Shown here piece after piece: positions 15,766 through 25,600 of a stretch of 29,842 bases of DNA. A model generated the notes under the pieces. The model made no database searches. It was given only the letters and a program-made list of their open reading frames with translations, and was not told the origin of the DNA. Source of the DNA: a virus (Duplodnaviria > Caudoviricetes); the IMG/VR virus record IMGVR_UViG_3300025137_000180, positions 1 to 29,842 of that record; one strand, given 5' to 3'. The position numbers and the translations under genes were made by a program. Positions within the stretch are counted from its first letter, which is position 1. Each line of letters opens with the position of its first letter.

Positions 15766-17527
15766 GCAGTTACTCGAACCGAGAATTGACCCAAAGACAA
15801 AGAAAATGGATGTTGGTGGTTTCCAACTGCCCCCCACTAGTCTGATAACCGCACTTCTCTATGGATTTGCTAACCATGAATCTGTCGTTGCCAAGGAATA
15901 TTACTTTTGGAGGATCTGCGATGAGTTGTGGAATCACTCTGACTTGCCAGACAAACTATGCGTTCGCCACCCTTGGGCAGAGTTGATGGTTAAAGCAGCA
16001 CTCGAAAACAAATACCTCGCAATCGGGGGGAGCGCTTCGTCAGGAAAATCTCACATTATGGCTGCTTGGGGCATAGTGAACTGGCTATCTCAACCCCAAG
16101 ATACGCTCGTTCTGATGACTTCCACCACGCTTCGTGAAGCTCGTAAACGAATCTGGGGCAGTGTGATGGCACTCCTAACCGTGATTGAGGGCGCACCAAT
16201 CAGGATTCGGGATTCAATCGGAAGTGCATCTTACGTTAATGAGAAAGGAACACTCATTGAGAGGGCGGGGTTGTCTTTGATCTCAGCGGAGAAGAGTAAA
16301 ACTAAAGAAGCTGTTGGCAAATTTATCGGTTTAAAACAATCGAGGGTGATACTTATTGGAGACGAATTATCAGAATTGTCGGAAGCTATTTTGAACGCTG
16401 GACTCACGAACCTGTCTAAAAACCCCTCATTCCAAATGATCGGGATGAGTAACCCTAACTCAAGATTTGATGCGTTTGGGATTTGGTCCACTCCAAAAGA
16501 CGGTTGGGATAGTGTCGATACGAATACTGCCGACGAATGGAAAACAAAATGGCATGGGAAATATATCCGCTTAGACGGGGAGAGATCACCAAACATTATA
16601 GCGGGCGAAGTCATATACCCTTGGCTACCTACCCAAGAAAAACTTGACGAAGATAAGGCACTATTGGGGGTTGAGAGTCGGGGCTATATGCGAATGGTCC
16701 GAGCGGTGTTCTTTGACAGTGATGAGACTACGGGCATTTATACGGAGAACGAACTGACTTCTAGTGGGGCTTTGAATAAAGTGAACTGGCAGGGAAATCC
16801 GGTAATGTTAGCTGGTCTGGACCCCAGTTTCACCAATGGGGGAGACCGCACTTGCTTGGCGTTGGCGAGATGTGGGTATGATACTACTGGTCAGTATGTT
16901 ATAGAGTTTGGGAAAATCATTCATTTAAATGACGATGCTACAAATAAAGCGGTTCCACGAACCTATCAAATCGTTGAGCAGATTCAGAAAGAATGTAAAA
17001 AGCACGGTGTTCTTCCAGAGAATCTAAGCGTTGATGCCACGGGTGCAGGAGCGCCATTCTGTGATGTTCTTGCTGGAGAGTGGTCAAACAAATTTATGAG
17101 GATTTCTTTTGGTGGGAAGGCTAGTGACAAACGTGTTAGCGCGAATAGCTCTAAAGTAGGGGCGGATTTGTATGTCAATCGTGTGTCGGAGCTGTGGTTT
17201 GTGGGGAAAGAATTGATGAGAACCAAACAAATCTTTGGGATCGATTCAGAATTGGCGCAAGAAATGACTGCGCGGAACTACGACATGATCAAAAGCGGGA
17301 GTCTCCGCATGAAGATTGAATCTAAACCGGAGTTCAAAGCTCGTTTTGGAAGGAGTCCAGACCTCGCCGATGCGGCATTCCTTGCTCTCGATTGTGCTAG
17401 GCAACGGCTTGGTTTGGTGGCGGTAGACCCACCAGACACATCAAATTCTGCAATGCCCCACCGGAGGACTACTATAAAAAACCTAAGTAGTGCTTTGCAG
17501 AACAATGAGACCACCCTCATTGATTGA
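15740..17527 (+). CDS. terL: Terminase large subunit
   Basis: Walker A GSASSGKS, Walker B ILIGDE, coupling motif MSNP; RNase H-like nuclease motifs AGLDP...GGD, VDATG.G and RSPDLADA. Confidence 0.92.
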   Translation: MALKEERSKQLLEPRIDPKTKKMDVGGFQLPPTSLITALLYGFANHESVVAKEYYFWRICDELWNHSDLPDKLCVRHPWAELMVKAALENKYLAIGGSASSGKSHIMAAWGIVNWLSQPQDTLVLMTSTTLREARKRIWGSVMALLTVIEGAPIRIRDSIGSASYVNEKGTLIERAGLSLISAEKSKTKEAVGKFIGLKQSRVILIGDELSELSEAILNAGLTNLSKNPSFQMIGMSNPNSRFDAFGIWSTPKDGWDSVDTNTADEWKTKWHGKYIRLDGERSPNIIAGEVIYPWLPTQEKLDEDKALLGVESRGYMRMVRAVFFDSDETTGIYTENELTSSGALNKVNWQGNPVMLAGLDPSFTNGGDRTCLALARCGYDTTGQYVIEFGKIIHLNDDATNKAVPRTYQIVEQIQKECKKHGVLPENLSVDATGAGAPFCDVLAGEWSNKFMRISFGGKASDKRVSANSSKVGADLYVNRVSELWFVGKELMRTKQIFGIDSELAQEMTARNYDMIKSGSLRMKIESKPEFKARFGRSPDLADAAFLALDCARQRLGLVAVDPPDTSNSAMPHRRTTIKNLSSALQNNETTLID

Positions 17528-17552
17528 CTTTCTCTTGAAAATACCTTAAATT
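17524..17552 (+). promoter_or_regulatory. Putative sigma70-type leaderless promoter
   Basis: TTGACT (17524-17529), 17 nt spacer, TAAATT (17547-17552); ATG at 17559 is 6 nt downstream. Confidence 0.6.
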
Positions 17553-17558
17553 TAAGCT

Positions 17559-18482
17559 ATGTCATTCCTGCAAAATCTTTTAACGGGCGGAAAAGAAGCA
17601 GCCGAAAGCATCGGCTCTGGGTTTTCACAAGGCGCTCAAAGATTAATCTCTGCTTTTGATAAGCAAAAGCCTATAAGAAAGAAGGACCGGAAGTTCTTAA
17701 ATAACTTGGATCGTAGGACGATTGAATCTCTCTCGGCAGAGAAGGCGCTGGATAGAAGGATCGGTTTGAGGGATGATATAACAAACGCTTTTAAATTGGG
17801 AGATCCTGATGCGAGAGAGGCAGAACTAGGTCGTATTAGAGAAATGGGTATCGATGCTGATGGTGACTTTGGGATTGACGAAAAGGCAATGGATCGTGAG
17901 ATCCTTGAAGAGCGCAGGAATTTTGTTGGATCGAGGATAGAAAAGATGCAATCTAATAGGGATGCGAAAAAGAAAGCTGATTATGATGACTTCTTTGCTA
18001 GGGCTAACAGTCGTAACAAGTTGGGTGGTGGGGGTCGTCTTGGGGAAACGAGGAACCTCTACTCAAGAAAAGGAAAACTAAGACTCGCCAAACAATTACG
18101 AAAAGATGGGTTCGGTAGAGCAGCAGAAGCTATCGCATTGGACTACGGACGTTCAGCAGAAGCGTCAGCTCCCGCAATTATGACACCAGCTCTGCGAGCT
18201 AAGATGGAGCGGGATTCATCTAGAGCTGCTCAAATTAGAGATGTGAACGCAGGTTATACCCAACGATTAATTGACTTATCGGAACAAGAACTCCGAGGAG
18301 GTGGGAGAAATCGTAACGGGAGAAATCGTAACGGGAGAAATCGTAACGGGCGCAATCGTAACGGGCGCAATCGTAATGGTCGCAATCGGCGCGAGGTTGA
18401 GAAGTTTCAAGGAGGTGCTTTAGCTAGTAATACTACACTTGGTTATGGATCTAATAATAACCGCCGCAACCGCCGCCGATAA
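17559..18482 (+). CDS. Arg-rich putative internal virion/core protein, 307 aa
   Basis: Helical, highly basic protein with a (GRNRN)n tract and an RRNRRR C-terminus; first of three genes of increasing size that resemble a podovirus ejection cassette. Confidence 0.5.
   Translation: MSFLQNLLTGGKEAAESIGSGFSQGAQRLISAFDKQKPIRKKDRKFLNNLDRRTIESLSAEKALDRRIGLRDDITNAFKLGDPDAREAELGRIREMGIDADGDFGIDEKAMDREILEERRNFVGSRIEKMQSNRDAKKKADYDDFFARANSRNKLGGGGRLGETRNLYSRKGKLRLAKQLRKDGFGRAAEAIALDYGRSAEASAPAIMTPALRAKMERDSSRAAQIRDVNAGYTQRLIDLSEQELRGGGRNRNGRNRNGRNRNGRNRNGRNRNGRNRREVEKFQGGALASNTTLGYGSNNNRRNRRR
18303..18389 (+). repeat. 15-bp tandem repeat (~5.8 copies) encoding GRNRN
   Basis: gggagaaatcgtaac x3, gggcgcaatcgtaa(c/t) x2, then ggtcgcaatcgg. 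Confidence 0.95.
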
Positions 18483-19582
18483 TGTCTGATTTTAATTTTG
18501 AGCGAGACATCGCGCCCGAAAGAAACAACTTTGGGTTTACTGGAACCGAATCCGCATACGCGAATGCGAAAGCTGATCAACAGATCATGCCTCAACTTGA
18601 CTTGATGATTAAGTTGCGGGGACAACTAAGGCAAGAAAGAGCGGCTGATTTTGCATACGAGACAAGTGTCTTTGAATTTAAACAGCGTAAAAAAACTCTT
18701 CGTAATGAGCGGGAAGCTGACCAACGAGCCGACGAGCTGTTGGATCAAATTCAAATGACCGTTGAAAACGATCAGCTTAATCCTTTTGAGCGGCAAGAAC
18801 AACTAAGTCTTATCCAATTGCAAAACGCCGATACGTTCGCTAACAGTAAAGTCGCACAACAATCTTTAATCGCAGCGGGTAGATTCATGGGGTCTCAGAT
18901 GCAGCAGAGAAATGAGAAACTATCTCGCAAGTTAAAAAGAAAAGACGAGCGAAGGAGAGCTGCTGACACGACAGGATTAGATGCTAATACTATTTTTAGA
19001 ATGGAGTCGGACGAACAAGTCGAAGACTTGAGACAATCGTATCTCGATCCTAATTCTGCTGGGGGTAAAAACCTCACGGCAAGGGAAAGAGCTAATCTTA
19101 GGAACGCTGGTTTTGCGGTAACTAAAAATATTGAGGACCGTGAGAAACTGGAGAAAAAAGAACGAGAAGATAGAGAGACTCAGATATTTAGAAATTCACA
19201 AAATATTGCAAAGCTGACTCTTGACGAGATTGAAGAAAATCTTAAAGCAATCGATCTTGAGCAAAGGGTGGGTAAGGAAAATGCAGATTATTCGGACTTC
19301 GATGGTTTAGATCTTCCAGATGGCACTGTGATTGAAGGCACAGATCCCTCCGACCTAAAGAAGCAATTGAGAATAATCCGTTCTAGAACCCGAAAAAATC
19401 TAGCAGATGCGAGTATACGCCGTAATCGATTTTTGAATCCCGATGTCGGTAAAAAACCTAAAGGAACCAATACAGGAACCAATACAGGAACCAATACAGG
19501 AACCAATACAGGAACCAATACAGGAACCACTACAGTAACTCCTACAGGAGATCCAGATCCAGAAGACCTACTCGACGGTTAA
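18482..19582 (+). CDS. Coiled-coil putative internal virion (ejection) protein, 366 aa
   Basis: E/Q/R/K-rich helical sequence, TAATG-coupled to the upstream gene and directly before the giant gene. Confidence 0.5.
   Translation: MSDFNFERDIAPERNNFGFTGTESAYANAKADQQIMPQLDLMIKLRGQLRQERAADFAYETSVFEFKQRKKTLRNEREADQRADELLDQIQMTVENDQLNPFERQEQLSLIQLQNADTFANSKVAQQSLIAAGRFMGSQMQQRNEKLSRKLKRKDERRRAADTTGLDANTIFRMESDEQVEDLRQSYLDPNSAGGKNLTARERANLRNAGFAVTKNIEDREKLEKKEREDRETQIFRNSQNIAKLTLDEIEENLKAIDLEQRVGKENADYSDFDGLDLPDGTVIEGTDPSDLKKQLRIIRSRTRKNLADASIRRNRFLNPDVGKKPKGTNTGTNTGTNTGTNTGTNTGTTTVTPTGDPDPEDLLDG
19462..19533 (+). repeat. 12-bp tandem repeat encoding GTNT
   Basis: aggaaccaatac x5 perfect copies plus aggaaccactac. 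Confidence 0.95.
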
Positions 19583-19628
19583 ATATCACTCTCTAATAAA
19601 AACTAATACCTAACATATTGCTTCTGCT

Positions 19629-22600
19629 ATGTCGGACCCAAGCGAACCTAAAACAACAGCGCCATTTAGCCCCACTCCATACAGTGTGTGGGCTACAGAA
19701 AACCCCTTTGAAAATGAATTGGAGGGTAGAACTAAACACTTAGATGATCTTCGGCTTGAATATATTGCGGCTGGCAAATATAACGAAGATACTGAGAAAA
19801 AGTTCCAAGAAGGTTTTGAGAATGTTCTTATTAAGAAGGGTATATTAACACAATCTAATTACCAAGAGGCTCAAGAAGCTATCATCCAGTATTCGGAGGT
19901 TCTCCCATCAAATCAAAAAGATGTCCAGTTTGTTAGGGACAACATGGGTGTTGGGATGGAGGCGATGGATTTCGAGGAGGGGGAGGAAGAGAAGATTTTG
20001 CGATACGCAAAAGCGTTAGAGACAGGACAAGAACTACCGGAAGATCTAGATGCTAAGGAGGTGCATGAGATAGCTCGCCAAAAGAGGCAGAACTATATCA
20101 CGGATCTGTATGAAAAGGGGGAGTTGTCGGCGGGAGTTTACTTCAACAAGAGTGGTCAGCGGGTCTTTCTTGGTGGAAAGATGGATGAAAGTTTATCGGA
20201 AGCGGAGATATTAAGAGAAGGAAGTAAGTTTGGTGTAGTCCCTAGAGATGTCTTTTCCTTTAGGGAATCAAGAGAAGTTCAAAAAGATAAGAACGGCTTG
20301 TTGACGTATCAGGTTGATATTCGAGAAAGAGTGCAAGCCCAAGTTGAAGAGTTTGTAGATTTAAAAGAGGACTTCACAGATCTTAAAGATGAAAAAGTTA
20401 GGGCTAGATTTGAAGCACTAGCTACTGCACTAGGTAAAGATAAGTCTTGGGGATGGGCGGATAAGGGATGGGATTCTACGGGGGAAGTATTCGTTTCAAT
20501 GGGTTCTAACATTAGAGAGAGTTGGAACTGGGCTACCGGAGACGATGAAGACAAGAAATATTCTGAAGACTATCAAAGGTTTGAAAACCTACGGGAAGAG
20601 TTTGAAGATGAAGTAGAACAAACTCGACGCGACCTTATTGAGGATCTTGCAAGGAAGACGGGGGCTAGTGTAGATATTCTAGAAGATGTTGTTGATGACA
20701 TGGTTGTCGAGATAGCTGGGCATGGATCTAAAACCCTCGACTCGACCCTCATCTATGAAGAAGATGATGACGACCTATCTCAAAATGTTGTTCGACGAAA
20801 GTATAGGGGGACGTTTATTCAACCCGCTTTGATGTTGAATGAAGAGAAGTTTAGGAGATCGTTGAAGCAAAATGATTTTTCTGACGAGGAGGTAGAGATT
20901 GAAAACGCGAAGAGGTTGGCGAGTAACGAGCTGTTGGCAAATAGTCGGAGTGATATTCTAAGAAAAGAATACGATGAACAGTTCGCTACCGCAGAGTTGG
21001 AGGGGAAACAAAATGGTCTGACCCAAGCAGAGATTGTTGAAAAATTTGTAGATGACGAAGATCCCAACTTGGGGTTACAGGGGCTTGGCATGAGTGTTAC
21101 TCAGGGCTTTTCAACTCTGTATTATGGGGTGGGGGCATTGTTTGGGGCGGAGTATGGTAAAGAGGGAATAATACAAAACGCTAAAGACCAAGCTCAACTT
21201 CAGCAGATGAGACAAATCTTTGGTCAAGATCATGGGTTTTTTGCACAAGCATCGGAGCAGATAGCTCCTATGGGTATAGACGCGATCATTACTCTTGCCG
21301 CCGGACTTCTCGCCATACCATCAGCAGGCACAACTGTTGCAGCAGCGGGGGGTTACTTTGCTCTAAAGCAGGGGGCAACCGCTACTGCTAAAGCTTTAAT
21401 TAAAAACACTTTTAATACGGCGCTAAAAGCGCAAGTCCGAGATGTTGGGGGGAGAACCATAAAAGAAAGCACAGGAGCTGCCTTACGAAGATTACAGGCA
21501 TCGGGTTCATTTAAAGGTTTGTCCAACCGCCAGATGATTACTGCGTATAAAGGGTATAACAGCAAATTAGCAAAAACTTTGGGCATCACGACTCCTCAGT
21601 TTGGGGTCGCTGCTTTGCGGTCAGGTAGTATGACTTATGGTGCAGTTCACCAAGCCGTTGCTGATGATTACACACAACGGTATCAAGTTAATGGAGAGTG
21701 GGTAGATGGTTGGAGTGAAGAAAGAGTAAAGGAAGTTGCTCACGACACCGCTTGGGGGTCCATGATTTCCGCTGGAACAACTACTGGACTCATAACCGCG
21801 ATTGCAGGAAAACTAGGTGGTGGTAAATACGGTGGTCTTGAGAGTGCTGTCCTTACAGGAGTCAGTCTTAAAACAATTAAGAAACAAACCGACAGAATGG
21901 TGGGTCGGGTTTCTTCGGATAAATCGTTTCTCAAATACATGGAGGATGCTGTTTCCTCCACTTTTAAAGAGGCAGGTGTAGGAATAGGTGGTCAAATTCT
22001 TAGGGGTGCTGCTGGTGAAGCTGGAGAAGAATTCATCGATGAGTTCGCAAACTCAATTATCCAATCCGCTTGGGCTAGACAAGATTTCTCTTTAGAGGAG
22101 ACGTTTTTCCAAGCTGTTCAAGGAGCGATGATTGGGGGGCTTATGGGTGGAGCCTCCCCCGCTATTAGTGCTGCGGCTAGAGAATTCGGAGGGGATAGAG
22201 TTACGGATCTCAATCGGATGGCTGATATTGAAGCTAAAGTTGAGGCTGACTTTAGGCAGAGGTTGGAGGATAATAATGAATTAAAGAGGTTTGAAGATTT
22301 AGAAAAAACCGCCCCCCAAACTAATGCGGAGTTTATCAAAAGAACTAAAGCTAAGTATGCTGAAGATCAGGCAGCTAAAAAAGCCGAAGAATCGGCAGAG
22401 AAACCAGAAGGAGATGATTCAGCCGAGCAAACGGAAGAAGAAATAGCAGAAGAAGCAAAGAACATAAAAGATGCTGCCGAAGCTAATGTTACACAAGACG
22501 ATCAGCAGCGGATAATTAACGAAGAAAATAAAAAGAAAAACGCAAAAGGCAACGCTTCTCCTATTGTCACGACTAGTGATGCAATTTCTGATGTCACCGG

Positions 22601-25600
22601 AACGGACACGAATCCAGACGCTGCGAATGCGGATGTTACCGGAGGTAACCCTGATGTTAAACCCGCACCGACTCCTCAACAGAAGTTTGAATTAGCCATT
22701 AAGGATATCGAAGCTAGGGAAAGGAGATACATCGAGGCAATGGAGGTTCTTGAAGAGCTTCCAGAAGCACTTCAAGCTGAACGATTGAAAGAGATCGAGG
22801 CTTTAGTTGATGCGGAAAAGCTGGTCTCCCCCGAAACAGCAAGTGGACTTATCGAACGAGCAAACAAGGCACGGGAAAAAGCTATCGCTGATGAGGCTAA
22901 ACCAGCGAAGGTAACGAAGAAAGATTTAGATAAGCTAGAAGCAATCATTGAGCAGGGCTTTCCGGTCGCAGATATCGGAACGAACCTAGAGCAACTGGGC
23001 CTTGATCTTGAAAGGACAGATGCAAAATATTTACTGGCAGTAGAAAAAGTAATCAAAGAAAAGATTGCTGAGAGATACCCCACAATAAATCCGAAGAGAA
23101 CGGATGGGGGTGCAAGGCTTCCTAATACTTTAGTTCCTTCGGGGACGGTCGTTATTGATAAGTATGGCAACGGTGTATTCAACAACGATCCCGCTGGTAT
23201 GGTTACCTTGTTGCGGAACAACGTAGCTATTCCATTGACGGAAGATCAGGCGAATAACCCGAATACTAATAAGTCTTTCGTCATAGAAAAACAGGGGGAC
23301 CAATACTTTGTTACCGACATCATGGTTCCTGTAAAGGGAGGCTTGATCTCGGCTAAGACTCCAATAAACAAGATTGGGGTTCACGAACCAGATTATGGTC
23401 CTGTTAAGACGAAGATCCGAAGACTTACTACTTTAAAGAACAGTATTGATTTAGATGCTATTAAAGATGTTAAGGTGGTAAGTCCGTTCCGAGCAGCAAC
23501 TGGAAAGAAACCAGTTTCGGCAACAGTGCCAGAGTTATTAAAAGATGCTAAAAATCTTCCTGCTCTCAAGCAGCTCATAGCCGCCACAGGAGTTAATCTT
23601 GATAAAGATTACGTCGATGCTGCGGCTATAACAATGAGCCTAGATCTGCAAGAGCAGATTTATAACGCAGCTAAGAAGTCTAGCGAGTTGCGCGACACAA
23701 GAGTAGAAGCAACACCTACTGGGGAAGTTATTGTAGTTCGCGAGGATAAAGGTTTTTACGATTTAGATTTAAAAGCATTCGCCACAAAGAACGCTAAGTT
23801 TTTCAGCAAGGTTCAAGCCGAGAGAAAATCACAGGCTATCCGTGATGTGGCTTCGTTGCTTGAACCTGACACGGACATAACTAAGCGCCCAGACTTGCAC
23901 GATACAGAGAAGCAAGCCGACAGAGGTTTCAACGGTCCAAGAGTTCAGACTATTGAACCCCTCGATGTTAAAAAGATAAGTAAATATACTGCTTCAAAAA
24001 TTGATGATGTAGCCACAGCTATCAAATTAGATGAACGTCTCCGAAGAGATGTAAAAGAACTTCTCAATAACGAATATCACGGTGGGAAGAAAGTAACTAA
24101 TGACTATTCATCTGAGCAAGTAGCTGTCGAGCTTGTTCATTTCTTAGCCTCAAAGGGTGGGACTAACAAACCTGCAGCTATCTTGGAGCAGAAACTTAGC
24201 AGTCGTAATCTAGCTGTTATCAACCCCGAATACAAATTGGGGCAGGACATGAAAGACGCGCTCACTTTGCTGGGGGTAACTAGCCCCACAATGCAAGGAG
24301 CTTTAGATACAGATATTAATTTGTATAAACTGATTGAGGCAGAGCTACAACAGTTGGTAGGTAAAGACACATTGCTTTCGTATGGGGATGTAAAAGCTTT
24401 TTACACGCAAGTCCGAGAAGCAGCTCATGTCCACCGAAAAAGAGCTGTTAATGATGGACGCACTAGGAAACAAAAACGCCGCAAAAACCTAAGAGAGATA
24501 GCAGAGCTAGGTCTACTAGATGACGATCCAGAATCTGTGATTGATGCTCTTGAAGAGATTGCAGAGTCAGGGCATAAGCCACTCAAACTTTTAGCTAAAA
24601 CCCTGCTGAAAAACAAAGATCTTATTCGTTCTGTAAGATTTCTTATCGAGGGTTCCCCATCTTCTTATGCGGGGGTGTATTACGTCGATGGATTGGGTAA
24701 GAGGACGGTAATAGTTAACGTAGATAGAACTGGAAAAAGAGGTGTGGCAGACACTTTAATCCACGAGTATCTCCATGTCTTTACTGCCGACATCTTTAGA
24801 ACACCACCGGAATCTAGAACAGAAGCTCAGAACGAAGCGGTAGCAAATCTAGAAGAGATACTCCGTATTGCGAAACCTTTTGCAGAAAAATCAGGTAAGG
24901 GCAATCTTACATACGGGACATCAAACATCGACGAGTTTCTGACACACATCCTTACTGATCCTGAGTTCCAATCATTCCTCAACAGGGTAATTCCTGAGAA
25001 GGGGAAATCAAATCTGTTCCAAAAGGCGATCAGAGCATTAGCTAAGTTGCTGGGAATTAGGACTAGGGAACTAAAATTAGCTCTCCAAGACGCACTTGAC
25101 CTAACCAAGAGAGCTTACACACCCCAGCCCGAAACCAAAGCAGCGTTCGCGAGTCAGGCTGCGGATAGTATTCACAAGTCTCAAGCTGATCTACACCAGA
25201 TGGCGAAGGACATGGACATGGCGAATGATGCTGCCGTGAATGAAAAGCTTGAGCAGAGAGCAGAAGAGATTGTTGAGTTTGCTGGTGCTTATATTCCGAG
25301 TGAGCTGAATGTGGTCGTAGATAATGCAAGCCCAGAGATAGCAACTGTAGATAGTGCTACGGGGGCGCTTATACTCAACCCAAAACGAGCAGCTCTGTAT
25401 CTAGCTAACCAAGGAGTATCGGGACTAGATGCCCAAAGGAGGAAACACGCCATTGGAATTATTTTAAATAAGGCAGTGGGTCAAGCGGCAGCAGATACGA
25501 TGATATCTGATACTCAGTATGTTGAAATAACTCAGGCAATGACGCAGTCAGAGCTGGAGGCTGAGATTAAAGAAGCATACCCACTCGACGAACAGCAAGA

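Noticed and set aside
19290-19325. SDFDGLD resembling the RNA polymerase DFDGD motif; also considered the giant protein as a virion RNA polymerase
   Set aside because: The motif lacks the third Asp in register and sits in a small coiled-coil protein. I found no DxDGD or T7/N4-type polymerase motifs in the 3296-aa protein, although a very divergent enzyme cannot be excluded by eye.
18303-19533. Tandem repeats as a possible CRISPR array
   Set aside because: The units are head-to-tail with no spacers, are multiples of 3 bp and lie in frame within coding sequences.
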